From the NCBI GenBank assembly GCA_001662655.1, contig KV460252.1: a DNA stretch of 64,000 nt; one strand, given 5' to 3'. The translations under genes were made by a program, and so were the position numbers. The DNA comes from Pseudogymnoascus verrucosus. Taxonomy: Eukaryota. Positions 1-11,595 of this stretch are shown one piece after another. Under the pieces are notes generated by a model. The model ran no database searches. It was not told the origin of the DNA and saw nothing but the letters and a program-made list of their open reading frames with translations. Each line of letters opens with the position of its first letter. Position 1 is the stretch's first letter.

Positions 1-371
1 CCGTTAAGGCAGTAACAGAAGAGCCTGTTCAGTAACACAAAGACAAAGACGTAGAGCGCCACCATCCACAGGGGGAAAAGCAGCCAGAGCGGCGTGGAAA
101 GGATGAAGAGCCCCTGTGTGATGAAGAGGATCACGTGGTTGAAGATGGAGAAGATGTTGCCGGGGGAGGGGTAGAGTTCATCGTAGAATCCGGTCGGCCA
201 GGGGCGCCAGGGCGTGATGATGGAGAAGATGGAGGGGAGTAGGTGGATGAAGGTTATGAAGTCGGAGCGGAGGAGTTGCCAGGGCGAGGATGTGTAGGCT
301 AGTGGTGCGCTGGGCTTGGAGAGGGGGATGAAGGGCGGGGGGTTCTCATCTGTGGTGGTGATGGCAGGCAT
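1..371 (-). CDS. Hypothetical fungal membrane protein, 5' part (runs off the window's left edge)
   Basis: Not in the ORF track. Manual translation from ATG at 371 gives an open frame to base 1: MPAITTTDENPPPFIPLSKPSAPLAYTSSPWQLLRSDF...DELYPSPGNIFSIFNHVILFITQGLFILSTPLWLLFPLWMVALYVFVFVLLNRLFCYCLN, with hydrophobic segments and C-ending codon bias. Confidence 0.7.
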   Translation of the reverse strand, partial: MPAITTTDENPPPFIPLSKPSAPLAYTSSPWQLLRSDFITFIHLLPSIFSIITPWRPWPTGFYDELYPSPGNIFSIFNHVILFITQGLFILSTPLWLLFPLWMVALYVFVFVLLNRLFCYCLN

Positions 372-1679
372 CTTGAAGTGGTGGGTGTTGGAACTGGCGG
401 TGTCCCAGCCGCGATATGTTGGTGAAATGAAGTGATACTGCAGTCGTTTTTGTAAGAAGAAGGTTGTAGATCAAGTTGGGATAAAGCAGGAAGGTCCAAA
501 CCTTATACCGACGCTGTTTGCACTGTTCCGTGAGTTGACAGACAGGCAGCCACAAGGATATGCTTGCACCCCAGAGCCTAAGTACTCATACTCCAGAGAG
601 AACAGTTTAGCGCTTACCGCAGATGATCCCCTACTTTGGTAATATTCAGTATGATGCTGCAGGTGATTCAGAGCTGAGGAGGAAGTTAACACGAGAAGGA
701 GGGCATAGGAATGTGGCTGGTGATGATATTATGTCTCAAAGAGGCAGGGGGGAAGTTCATCCTTCGAGGAAAGTACGTAGTAGAGTAGGAAGAAGGCTGA
801 GACGGGGCGGAATGCTGGACGTATAGAACTCGAATACCATGGAATATATATATTTATTTATGTATATATCTGTATAGATACATATATGCTCAGCTGAACA
901 GAAGCTGAAGAGCACCTGATTTGAGGTTAAACAAACAAGAACAGGCGATCTGGTCACGAGGCTGGAGACAGGGGTAGGCACCTGCCAAGAGTTCCGGAGA
1001 TGTGGAGGAAGTGAGTGTAACAAGGCCCCAAGAGATTTTTGAATCAGCGACTCCCCAGTCACATGACCTCTATCTCCTCTGTACCTTTAGATAACCTTTA
1101 AATAGATAGTGTTATCTTTGTTTACTTTCTTACAGTGTAGTTTAAAGCATCATCAATCTCTCCCAGCTCATATACCACCGTAAATTAGGAGTTGTTGAGC
1201 TGCACTCACTCATCACCCGCCAAGTGTAAACAAACCCGGCACTTGGCTGATCTCTCCGTTGCCATGCCCCCATCCCGTCCAATCCAAAATCCCAACCCAG
1301 ACGCGTCTATGCACAAACACGGCGCGTCTCACCCAATCGTCCCCATATGCAGGCTCTCATCCCGAACCACCTTTCAAGGCCCTAGTTTGTGTTTACTTCT
1401 TTCCTATTATGGCCAAGAACCCTGATACAGGGCCCATTTATGGACCGCGGTGACTATAATGTTTTGACTTATCTTGCTCTCGTCTCTTCTCTCTCTCTTC
1501 TCTCTCCTCCCATCGCGTCTCTGTTTGTGTATCTGTTTGTGCCTCCTTCTTGTTCATGGTCATTGCCATGAAGCATTTCTTTTCAGCATAATTTACGACA
1601 CTCGACTACTAACAGCAGCAAACTTGTGATATATATTTACCAAGAGACTTATACGACTAGCCTCCACCACCGTCCAACA

Positions 1680-4178
1680 ATGAACGACCTTCCCAGTCCT
1701 GCTCCCTCGAGCTCAACTTTCGATGATGAGCTCCCAATAGCTCTCAGACGGGTCCGGAGAAGCTGCTCAAACCAGAATCTCCTACAAGATTCTCCTTCCA
1801 GAGCTTCCCGCCGAAGCAACCGCGTCTTTGGAATCGAAACTCCACCAGCAACTCCCCAGCGAAGGAAGAAGCGTGTCAGGTTCTCTGACCCAGGCCCTGC
1901 TATTGCAGCAGCTACTGGCCTGACGCCTTTCATCAACCGCCACTTCTCGATTTCCACACCGTCAAGCAATCGAAGACACTCGGCCCCCAGCCAATGGAAT
2001 CTTGCACAAGATGATGCCCCGCTATCGGGCACTCTGCAGTTTGCACCACTCCGTCAAGTCCTTGATGGAAGGGTCAAGAGACGCATACGAAGAAACCGAT
2101 TGAGTGAGGAGATCAACACTATCGAATGGGAAAAGAAACAAGAGAAGAAGGCTGAGCGGGGAGAGATATCAAGACTACAACATGCCCTCCGCCAGAAGGA
2201 TATCGAGCTACAATACCTACGCGAAGAGCAAGAAACTGCAAGTCAACTAGGCGGCGAAGCTCTGACTCCGACTGCTCGAGTACACGACCTCGAAGCACAG
2301 GTTGCTGAGCTCAAAGCAGAGTTGGAGAAGAGAGAAGTCTCTGGACAGGATGACCCCAACTGGACTATGGCCGCCCGTGACCCATACGATGAGGATGCTT
2401 TCATGCAAGATTATGATAATGACTTCGATGACGGGATGACCGAAATGATTATCAGCACCCCCCTACGCCGCTCCTTCCCTTCACCACCAGCAACAGTCCC
2501 CAACACCCCCAGCAAAGGGCCAGTCAACCACAACATCGGCGTCCAAGCCTCCATACCCGACCCTTCCAAACAACTCCTAGAACAACAACTCCAAACACTC
2601 CAATCCGAACTCGCCTCTCTCACCAAAACACTCGAGCTCAGCAACACAACCCACGACCGCCTCTCCGCCAAACTCGCCCCCTTCATAACCCCCATCGACG
2701 CCTGCCCCAACGAATCCCTCGACTTCGCCCTCGACAGCATCCTCACCCACCTCGCCCTCGCCCAATCCTCGGAGCTCGAATCAACACACCGCTTCACAGC
2801 CCTAACCACCGAACTCCACGCCCTCTTCCCCACCACCAGCACCCCCTCCGGCGCCTCCGCCGAAGAAATCATCCAAGCCTTGCACTCCCAATTCCGCGCC
2901 GCCCGCCTGGAATTAGAGTATCTCCTCCCCGGCGAGCAGCCAGAGGGCTTCGACAACACCGCCCTCCTCTCCATGCTCCTCGCCCGTCTCCGCCAACTCG
3001 TCGACCGTGTAAAGACCCAGGATGACCACATAGACCAGTACCACGAGCAAGAACTCTCTCTCCGCTCCCAACTCTCCGCGCGCGTCTCAGCCATGCAAGG
3101 CCTACAAGAGAAACTCGCCAGCGCAGACGTAGTAATCCGCACCCTCGAGCGCGAAGTCGGCGACAAAGACGCGGGGTTGCGGAAACTCACCACCGCGCTA
3201 GAAAGTTACCGCACCGAGGTCTCGAATCTGGAAACCCTCATCTCCCGACTGGATGTTGAGCACACCGCTACGATCGAATCGGCGAAACAACAACTCTCCT
3301 CCCTCCACGCCGCGGCGGAATCACGCATCCAGCAGGAAATGAACAACGCCTCCACCATCCAAGGGCAGGCAGAGGAGCGAATCCGCCAGGAAATGGAGAA
3401 TGCGGCGTCGATACAAGCAGCCGCGGAGCAGCAAGCTGCGCAGGCGGCGGCGGAGTCGGAGTTACATGACTCCCTTATCCGCGAGCTGGATGCGCGGCTC
3501 TCGTGCGCGATTATCGCTTCAGACACTCTACGCGCTGAGCTAGAGGAGCTGGCTACCACCCACGCAGCCGAGACATCCGCCCTCGTCACCGCGGCCTCGG
3601 AGCGCGAAATCTCCCACGCCGAAGAGACGTCCGCCCTCCGCGCCGTCGCCACACAGCGGGAGACAGACCACGGCGCAGCGCTCGCCCTCCGCGACGCGCG
3701 CGTGTCGGAGTTACGAGAGGAAGTGGGACGCGTGAATGTTGCGCTTAGGGGGGCACATGAGACGATCGCCATCCTAGGGAGAAGGGTTAGGGGATTGGAG
3801 ATCGTGGTGGAGGGCGAGAAGATGAGGGGGAGGGAGGGGGTGGAAAGGATTAGGGGGGAGTTGAGACGGGTGCTGGAGATGGGGAAGGGGGGGACGCCTG
3901 CTAAGGGGAGGAGTGAGGGGGTTAGGAGGGCGTTGGGTCTTGATGCTAATATTGACGCGGGGGTTGATGGTGCGGCTGGTGTTGCGGTCAGTGGGGTACC
4001 AGAAGGACCAAAGGTGGGAGTAGTAAGACAAGGAGGCCTCTTCGATAAGGAACTTGCTAGACGCAGAAGTGGGAGTCTTGGCGCTGGAGGGGAGAAGAAG
4101 AGACGGAGGTATGATTCGGGACTTGGGTTTTTGGATGAGGAAGAGGAGGGTGAGGGGGGGATTGGACGGGCGCTGTAG
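1680..4178 (+). CDS. Coiled-coil protein of unknown function
   Basis: 2.5-kb uninterrupted ORF, first ATG at 1680. Long heptad-rich E/L/A/Q/R segments; basic NLS-like motifs RRKKRVRFSDPG and KKRRRYDSGLGF. Confidence 0.85.
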   Translation: MNDLPSPAPSSSTFDDELPIALRRVRRSCSNQNLLQDSPSRASRRSNRVFGIETPPATPQRRKKRVRFSDPGPAIAAATGLTPFINRHFSISTPSSNRRHSAPSQWNLAQDDAPLSGTLQFAPLRQVLDGRVKRRIRRNRLSEEINTIEWEKKQEKKAERGEISRLQHALRQKDIELQYLREEQETASQLGGEALTPTARVHDLEAQVAELKAELEKREVSGQDDPNWTMAARDPYDEDAFMQDYDNDFDDGMTEMIISTPLRRSFPSPPATVPNTPSKGPVNHNIGVQASIPDPSKQLLEQQLQTLQSELASLTKTLELSNTTHDRLSAKLAPFITPIDACPNESLDFALDSILTHLALAQSSELESTHRFTALTTELHALFPTTSTPSGASAEEIIQALHSQFRAARLELEYLLPGEQPEGFDNTALLSMLLARLRQLVDRVKTQDDHIDQYHEQELSLRSQLSARVSAMQGLQEKLASADVVIRTLEREVGDKDAGLRKLTTALESYRTEVSNLETLISRLDVEHTATIESAKQQLSSLHAAAESRIQQEMNNASTIQGQAEERIRQEMENAASIQAAAEQQAAQAAAESELHDSLIRELDARLSCAIIASDTLRAELEELATTHAAETSALVTAASEREISHAEETSALRAVATQRETDHGAALALRDARVSELREEVGRVNVALRGAHETIAILGRRVRGLEIVVEGEKMRGREGVERIRGELRRVLEMGKGGTPAKGRSEGVRRALGLDANIDAGVDGAAGVAVSGVPEGPKVGVVRQGGLFDKELARRRSGSLGAGGEKKRRRYDSGLGFLDEEEEGEGGIGRAL

Positions 4179-6603
4179 TCATTCGCTACAATATTTTCTT
4201 TTGTTTTGTTTAGAGGGCGTTGCGGGGAGTTTGGGGGTGTTTTGGGGGGGGCCTTGTATAGATGTTGAATTGGTGCGTGTTTGGGTTGAATTTATATTTT
4301 ATATCATATCATATTATATCAATTTATTTATTTATTGCAGTTGAAATGAAAAAATATGTGATCTGATCAAGTCCTGCCACTACATAGAGATTATATTATT
4401 TTATACCATATCTATTTATTCACCGAACTTGAAAGTAAAAAGATATTATGGAGCTCTACAACTGCATATAGAATATATTTTATATTTCTACTACACAACA
4501 CTCATTCATGGCATGCTGAGTCTCAATAATCCTGATTCGACCCACTAAGTCAAGAATCAGACTCATAAGTCGACGAGTTTTCAAGCTCAGCCCTGTCTCA
4601 CCTTCCCTCTGCCCCCTACTCGCCCAGTTTCCCACACCTCTCCCAACTCGGCTGGGGTTTTGAGGATCGGTTGGCTAGACGGTTCTTTACGATGAAAATT
4701 ATTGTTATACTTGCGCTGCTACTCGCTGGGTTTAAATATGTGTAAGACGAATATATACACCCACTGTCTCTAATACCGGGGCATGTTACGTTTTTAATGC
4801 CCTTCCAACGTTATGTTATTCGTCTGTACACTGCGAGTTTCTGAAAGATTACGATGGTATAGCTAAACCGAAATACGTGTAACGCGCGCGTATATCACGT
4901 TATGTGTCTGTAGCCAGGACATTGCAGGGTTTTTGGGCGATGCAAGTGTAACTGTCTTACTTTTCGGCTCTGGGATAGGGGATCTTGGTTTTATGATAGA
5001 ATGTGGCGCTGCGTTAAGTTTAGTTATTGCTGCACACCCCCTGGTATGACTGGCTGGCTTTCTTTCTGCTCTGGGATATGAGAATTTCTTCGTCTTATGA
5101 GAGAAAATGGCGCCGAGTTAGGTTTTAATTTTGCTGCCCGTTGAGGGATCAGAGAGGCTGCTACTATATAGTACTCATACCCCCTCTATGCCCTTTCCAA
5201 AGCAGCCTCCTAACTACTACTTTAGCTATCACTGATCTAGCCTACAGGGCACACTCCGAGTCAAAATTCTCCTTTCCCAGCTCCTCCCACTTGCTCTTGC
5301 CACCTCAGCGGTGGCTCAAACCGCACAGGTAACGTCGATATAAACACATTTAGGGGGGACGCATCACTAATTCCCAACCTTTGTCAAGATCACATTCTAC
5401 TCAGCCTTCAAATATCAGGGCAAATCAGTCAACTACACTACATCAGCCTCTGATCAGCAAAACCACTGCCAAGACATCTACCTTTCCCTGTACGCCCCTT
5501 CCTACCCCTCTACACCCAACACGCAACTAAACACACATACAGCGACGGCCGCCCTGCCTATTCCGCTCGTCTCAGCACCGGCTGCGTGTGCCGCATGTTC
5601 CCGTGAGTCCCTCCCCTGGAAACTTAGTATGGTAATGAGGTGCTGACGCCGGCAAAGTGAGAGTGGGTGTCGGGGACACGTGGTGGTCGCCAACAAAAAC
5701 GTTCCTTATATACTGCGTGAGAAAGGGGCTACTTCGGTTACATGCACGTTCCCGGATGCATAGTTCAAGAGTAGGGTGGTACGCCTGGGCTATGAGGGAG
5801 AGGTTTGCTTTTCTTGTCTTACTCTTCTGGCCCTGGGTGGAATGTCTGAATATGGGGGGATATATGTTGGGTGGAATTCTCACACTCTGTTGGCAGCTGG
5901 TTTATTGTATTGGCCCAGATTGTATTGGGGACTGTAGGCAATATAGTACACTATATTCTATATTGCGAGCTGTTAAGTTAAGTAAGGATGAGTTAATCGC
6001 TTTACTTAGTCACGAAGAGAGCTTTCATGGAACTATTTTTAGAGGGGTTGGCTGAGAGATTGATTCGACAGGTTTGGTAGGCAGTTTTTCTTTCCTGATT
6101 TGGGCGCAGGAGGTGTATTTCTGGCCAAGTCTACCATTCTCTTCTCATCATAAATGGTACATTGGACCCATCAGTATGCCTGCGCTATCACCGAGTTGTG
6201 ATCTCACCACTCCACCCCATAGTCACACTGACTTCCTTGCCCCTATACAGACCGCTGCTGACTGGCAATGGGGACACCCCTGCAAACTCTCCTTAAAAAT
6301 CCTACAATCACGCTATGATTGAAACCAAATGGGTATCTATGAGGGCTACATCCCGAATCTCAGCCCCCTTGTCTCGAAACAAGCAAATAGAAGAGTGATG
6401 GAATAGTGGTTAGCTCCTAGTGGCAACATATCCCCTCCTACCTCATTAAGAGGACCCAAAAACAAAACCAGTGCTTCCTCTATCACTGAGTTGTCTGTGC
6501 CCGATCCCGAGTTCCAGGCATTCCTTTTTTATTGCCTTTTCGTTTGAATCCAAGCACTACCGCCTGACTGCTTTGGGGTTGAGCAAAAAATAGGCGCCAT
6601 TTA

Positions 6604-8256
6604 TTATTCATGCGCTTTCCTATCAAAGTCCTTCAAGTAAGCCGGTCGATCCACCAACTCCACGTCCGACGCATCAGCCCGTTCAGTACTATAAACATTC
6701 ACTTCCGTCGACTTGGAAATCCCCCCAAAGTTTTGGTTGCTACCAGAGTTCTCTGAGCGTTTGGAGCGATTGAAATATGAGCTTTTGTCGCTGCGATCGT
6801 ATCCGGTCGAGTCGCCGGTGTCGCTGGATGACCGCATTCTACTAAAGACTGCGTGTATAGAAGGCATACAGGCAACGATGATGAAGAGATCTGCCTCGAT
6901 TGCGCACCAATAGATAGTAGGCGTATTATCATCTGCGGCCATAGTAAGCAATCCTCCACGGAGTCAATTGGGGGAGGTGGGGTATACAGGTTGGATTTGA
7001 GGTTTTGGCAAACTGGACCAAGGCATGCAGTCGGGCGCAGCTAACACCAGTGATACTGAAGAAAAGCCAGTTAGCATGAGACTGAAAGACAAGCCGCCAA
7101 TAAAATAGTCATTAGGTGGACTTACACAAAGCCGACGCAGAACATAGACATGATATGGATCTTCTTCTCCAAAGACATGTGAAGTTTAGCAAGCATAGGC
7201 AGCGGAAGGCACAGAATAACCAGATCGAGACCAATCTCAATGCCGCCACGGACGAAGCTGAATAGATTCATGTCGATAGAACTAGTAGCAACCATCTCGC
7301 CTTTCCAGCCATTCCAAAAGAAGTTTATGGGCGTGACCGAGAAAATCATGCAGAACGTGTTTGCGATTCCGAAGGCAGTGACAAATACCATAAGACCCTT
7401 GACAAAGAGCAAGGTCTTTTGGTCCATCATAAAGCGGAGGTAAAAGGCGAGGATGGAAACCTGGCAGAAGGCCTCGGTGGTCATATAAAAGGGGTAAGCC
7501 AGATAGAGAAACTACCTCATTGTCAGTTTCAATCGAATAATAGATTGAGGCTGTGGCTTACACGAAGGCAATTGGTAATCTGAGTTGGTGTCAAACCCCA
7601 TATGTCTGTTCCAAACCCTTCCTTAACAGCTAGACGCGCAATTAACCAATGCTCATTTAGTTTCATATTTAGGCTACTAACCAAGGAGGGCTGGAATTGT
7701 CATAGCCATAGATGATAACTAGAAGTCGGAAAGAGTCAGTATGATAGAAAGGAGAACACAGAAAACTTCATACTCCAGCCAGACCAACTAAATAATCATC
7801 CCAGCCTAGCTTTGCTTGTGTAGAAAAGTGTCGATGAATCAGACGCAAAACGACCATGACCCAAGCCATAACGCCAAAGGATCCGGCGAGTCCAGTTATT
7901 GTCGTGCCCTGACTGCGTATCGGGACGCCACATGCCGCATAAGTCTGGTTGGTGCTCTCTGTACAACAATGTTAGATGCTGTTCGATGTTTATAATCGAT
8001 AACAATGAGGGCTGTATGTTCACTCACGCAGATTCTCAACAACGGTGCAATTGCCAGCATTGCAAGCCGCGACAGTATTGATGAATGGTGCGTCGACGCA
8101 AAGACACCCAAGGTCAGTGGCCGAGCACGTTGTTGTGGGTAAAGCAGCCGCAAAGCATAGCAACGCGCATTGTGGTAATTGACTCAAGAGATCCTGCTGG
8201 GCGAAGCAAGCCCTCAAGAGGATTGTCCATGGTAATATGACACGAAGAAGCAACAT
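6604..8256 (-). CDS. CFEM-domain PTH11-like integral membrane receptor (multi-exon)
   Basis: Signal-peptide-like start MLLLRVILPW, then a CFEM cysteine pattern (LPQCALLC...CSATDLGCLC...ACNAGNC). Downstream exons encode typical PTH11/rhodopsin-domain helices (SILAFYLR, DLVILCLPLPMLAKLHMS, WCAIEADLFIIVACMPSI). Several short GT-AG introns. Confidence 0.88.
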
Positions 8257-8378
8257 TTCGCATGCGACTGTGGATGGCAGAACAATGACAGAACGGCTCA
8301 CATGTGCCAAGGGTAGTTGATAGATATATGGGCTCAGTCTGGTCTATGCATTCAGGGGCGTTCCGAGGGAAGTGCCGA

Positions 8379-8441
8379 ACTGTTGGTTACAGGCATGAAC
8401 AGTTCGTTGCAGGCATACGTGCTATGCCTGTAACCAACAGT
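8379..8441. repeat. Perfect 18-bp inverted repeat in the CFEM/P450 divergent intergenic region
   Basis: ACTGTTGGTTACAGGCAT (8379-8396) and its exact reverse complement ATGCCTGTAACCAACAGT (8424-8441), 27-nt spacer. Confidence 0.9.
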
Positions 8442-9388
8442 ACAGGGAAAGGGCAGTAGATCTCAGGGGTGTTAGAAGACAATCCGGCATCTCAAAACTG
8501 GGAGACGAATCCTACATGGCCATTTCAGTATTCTATAGTTGCTTTTTCAACACTAGTTTTAAGTCCTTAACAAAACAAAGCTAACGTGAGACGCAAAGTA
8601 TTCCTGTCAATGTCAATACTTGCCTCTATTAATGGCAATCGGAATAAGAAACTTTGCCACATAATTTCGGGCCCAAATACACCTGAGCTTTGGCTGGTAG
8701 TTTTCTTGCAGCCTATTAGGAGCAATAAATGGCGTGCACGGGCCGGTACGGCCCCACTTCCCCTACTAAACCGCCGAGGCACCGCGCCGTGCCGCACACG
8801 ATCACCGCCCCGTAAACCCCCACCGCCACATAACACGACAAATAATATGATCTTCCTATTAATTCCGTGGATAACATGTGATATGTCCCTGAAGAGGTTG
8901 TATAGAAGACTATCATATCTCCTTTTCCCAATTGTTGAAAGTAGTCATACGTTTCGATCGGAAGAGTCGATTATTTCAGCCATTATCTCGACATCGCTGC
9001 CCCAAATCGCTCACAATATTCCCTTTCACACCAGCTTTGCATTTCTAGCGCACAAGATCCTTTGGAAAAGGCTCCTTCGGTAACCAATAGTTTGTTCTTG
9101 GGCACGTGGGATTGGCATAATGGTTAACGGCTAAAGAGAACACTGAAACCAACCCGTGTCTTTGCAAGGGATATGCTAGGATCGTGTTGGTTTTGTGGAT
9201 CTCTATCCTTCTGTAATTTCACGCTACCCAATAGCTCTGAACAGTGTGTGTGTGTTTTAACCCACTTATAATGTCGTTGAAGGCATTACTAAGTATCTGT
9301 ACAATAATACGAAGGTCGCTCGCTCATTTGCTTTTTCCTTGCTCATTCTCTCATTACCTGCGATTGGAAGTCAAAATTTCAAGTCAGG

Positions 9389-11334
9389 ATGGCTATTATA
9401 TCACCTACTCTCACGGTATCCGTTGCCTGTGGTGTCCTCGCTCTGTACGTAATCAGTCGACTGTTGCGAGGTAATGGTGATCGCCGATCACTACCTCCAG
9501 GTCCTAAAGGCCTCCCAGTTCTTGGGAATATCAGTGACCTGCCTAAACCCGGTGAGCCTGAATGGCTACACTGGCTCAAGCACAAGGACCTCTATGGTGC
9601 GTATCTTTTATGGCAGTTTTGCAATGTTAGAGTGAGACAATAGCTAAAAATAAGCTATGTGCTGCCAGGCCCAATCAGCTCAGTCACAGTCCTAGGGCAG
9701 ACCATGATCATCATTAACGACCTCGAAATTGCCTTTGAGCTCATGAGAGACCGGGCGGCCATACACTCTTCGCGACCTAGTCAGATCTTCAGTGGTGAAA
9801 TGTATGCTTAGTCTAGTCATAGTTCTTCTAATAATGCTAACCCAGTAACTAGTGTCGGATGGAAAAATGCAACAGCTATGAGCCAATATAACGACGTCTG
9901 GAAGATCCATAGGAAGAATATCGCCAAGGTTGCCAGTACTAATACTTCCCTCAAAATGTTCAATCGGGTCCAGGAGGTTGAGTCTGCGCATTTTCTACTC
10001 AACCTTTTGGATTCCCCGAATGATCTGTTTGATCACATCCGAAGGTAAGTTCTTACTCGGCACGGCCTCCACCATATCCAGCATTGCATAAATCTAAACA
10101 TAAATCTGACTACTACACACAGAGAAGCCGGCAGCGTTATTTTGAAGACTACGTATGGCTACACAGCTGAATCCCATGGCCGAGACCCCTTCGTCGACTT
10201 GGCTGGCGAAACCATGGCGGGATTCGCTGAAGCTGTAATTCCTGGCAAGTGGATGGTGGACGTCATGCCTTTCTGTAAGTTTGCACAAACAAAAAAACAT
10301 AGTACCTCTAACAGAAACAAGTAAGATATCTCCCAGATGGATTTCCTGGCACAGCATTCAAAGGCACTGGTCGTCAAATGGCCGATACATTAAAGCAATG
10401 TGTTGACCAGCCGTACGAATTCGTCAAGCAACAAATGCGTGAGAAGAGACATAAGACGTCTTTCCTGTCTCAGGCCATTGAGGATATTGGCACCGACGCA
10501 GAGATGGAGTTTGTACACAAGTGGTCGGCGCTCTCCCTGTTCACCGGTGGAGCCGATACAGTAACTCATCTACACCCAAGATAATTGGGCTATTGCTAAC
10601 TGTCTCATAGACTGTTTCCGCGCTGATGACCTTCTTCCTCGGCATTGCTGTGTTCCCTGAAGTTCAGAAGAAAGCTGCAGAGGAGCTCGACCGTGTCATC
10701 GGAAGTGGCCGACTTCCTATTAGCACAGACCGTGATAATTTGCCATATATCATGGCAATTGTGAAGGAGACACATCGTTGGCATCCTATTGGGCCTATGG
10801 GCTTACCCCACGCCAGCTCCGCAGAGGACACCTGCCGGGATTACAGGATTCCCAAGGGAGCCATAATATTTGCCAACGCTTGGTATGTATCATGCTCATA
10901 AAATTCCCGAGGCACCCTGTCACTAACAAGAATACAGGTGGTTCACCCACGATCCTGCTGTTTACGCCGACCCTATGGCCTTCCGCCCTGAACGCTTCCT
11001 CGATACCCCAACCCACAAAGCAGAACCTGACCCACGTAGCATCACCTTTGGCTTTGGCCGCCGCGTCTGCCCTGGCCGCTACGTCGCTGACAACGCACTC
11101 TTCATCACCATCGCGCAAACTCTTGCAGTATTCAGCATCGGGAAGCTCGTTGAGAATGGTAAAGTGGTGGAGCCAGAGGTCAAGTTTGAGCCCGGCATGG
11201 TCAGCCACCCTGCGCCATATCGGATTTCGATCAAGCCGAGATCGAAGATGCATGAGGAGTTGATTAAGGCGGCAGAGCAGGAGTACCCGTGGGAAGAGAG
11301 TGATGCGAAGGAGTTGGAGAATGTGAAGTGGTAG
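9389..11334 (+). CDS. Cytochrome P450 monooxygenase (multi-exon)
   Basis: N-terminal membrane anchor and LPPGPKGLPVLGN; I-helix GGADT; KETHRW (ExxR); FRPERF (PERF); heme motif FGFGRRVCPG. Confidence 0.95.
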
Positions 11335-11595
11335 ATGTTGAGTGTGTAGCCGCGTACTCTGGCGCGTAACTGATGTGACATGAAATAGGAATATTAACCT
11401 GCAAAATAATGTTAGTCATGTTTATTTGGACTTAGCTGTGAGGCGATATTGCGACGTTTAGCATACTCGTCAGCTGGTCCGTATGTTAGGGTTAGATTAT
11501 ATTGCACCACGTTCATTTACTCATCGGGTTTGGAATAAATAATATATGGAAATGATAACTCCCCCCTATGTAAATGATATATTAAACTAGAATGT

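Noticed and set aside
2411..3772. Long antisense ORFs (260 and 188 aa) and similar ones at 32013-32792, 40418-41143 and 55682-56841
   Set aside because: Shadows of real genes on the opposite strand, caused by biased codon usage; low-complexity translations without motifs.
4500..6400. Possible decayed gene or transposon relic
   Set aside because: Some coding-like stretches with stops, but no recognisable motif or terminal repeat; needs BLASTx.
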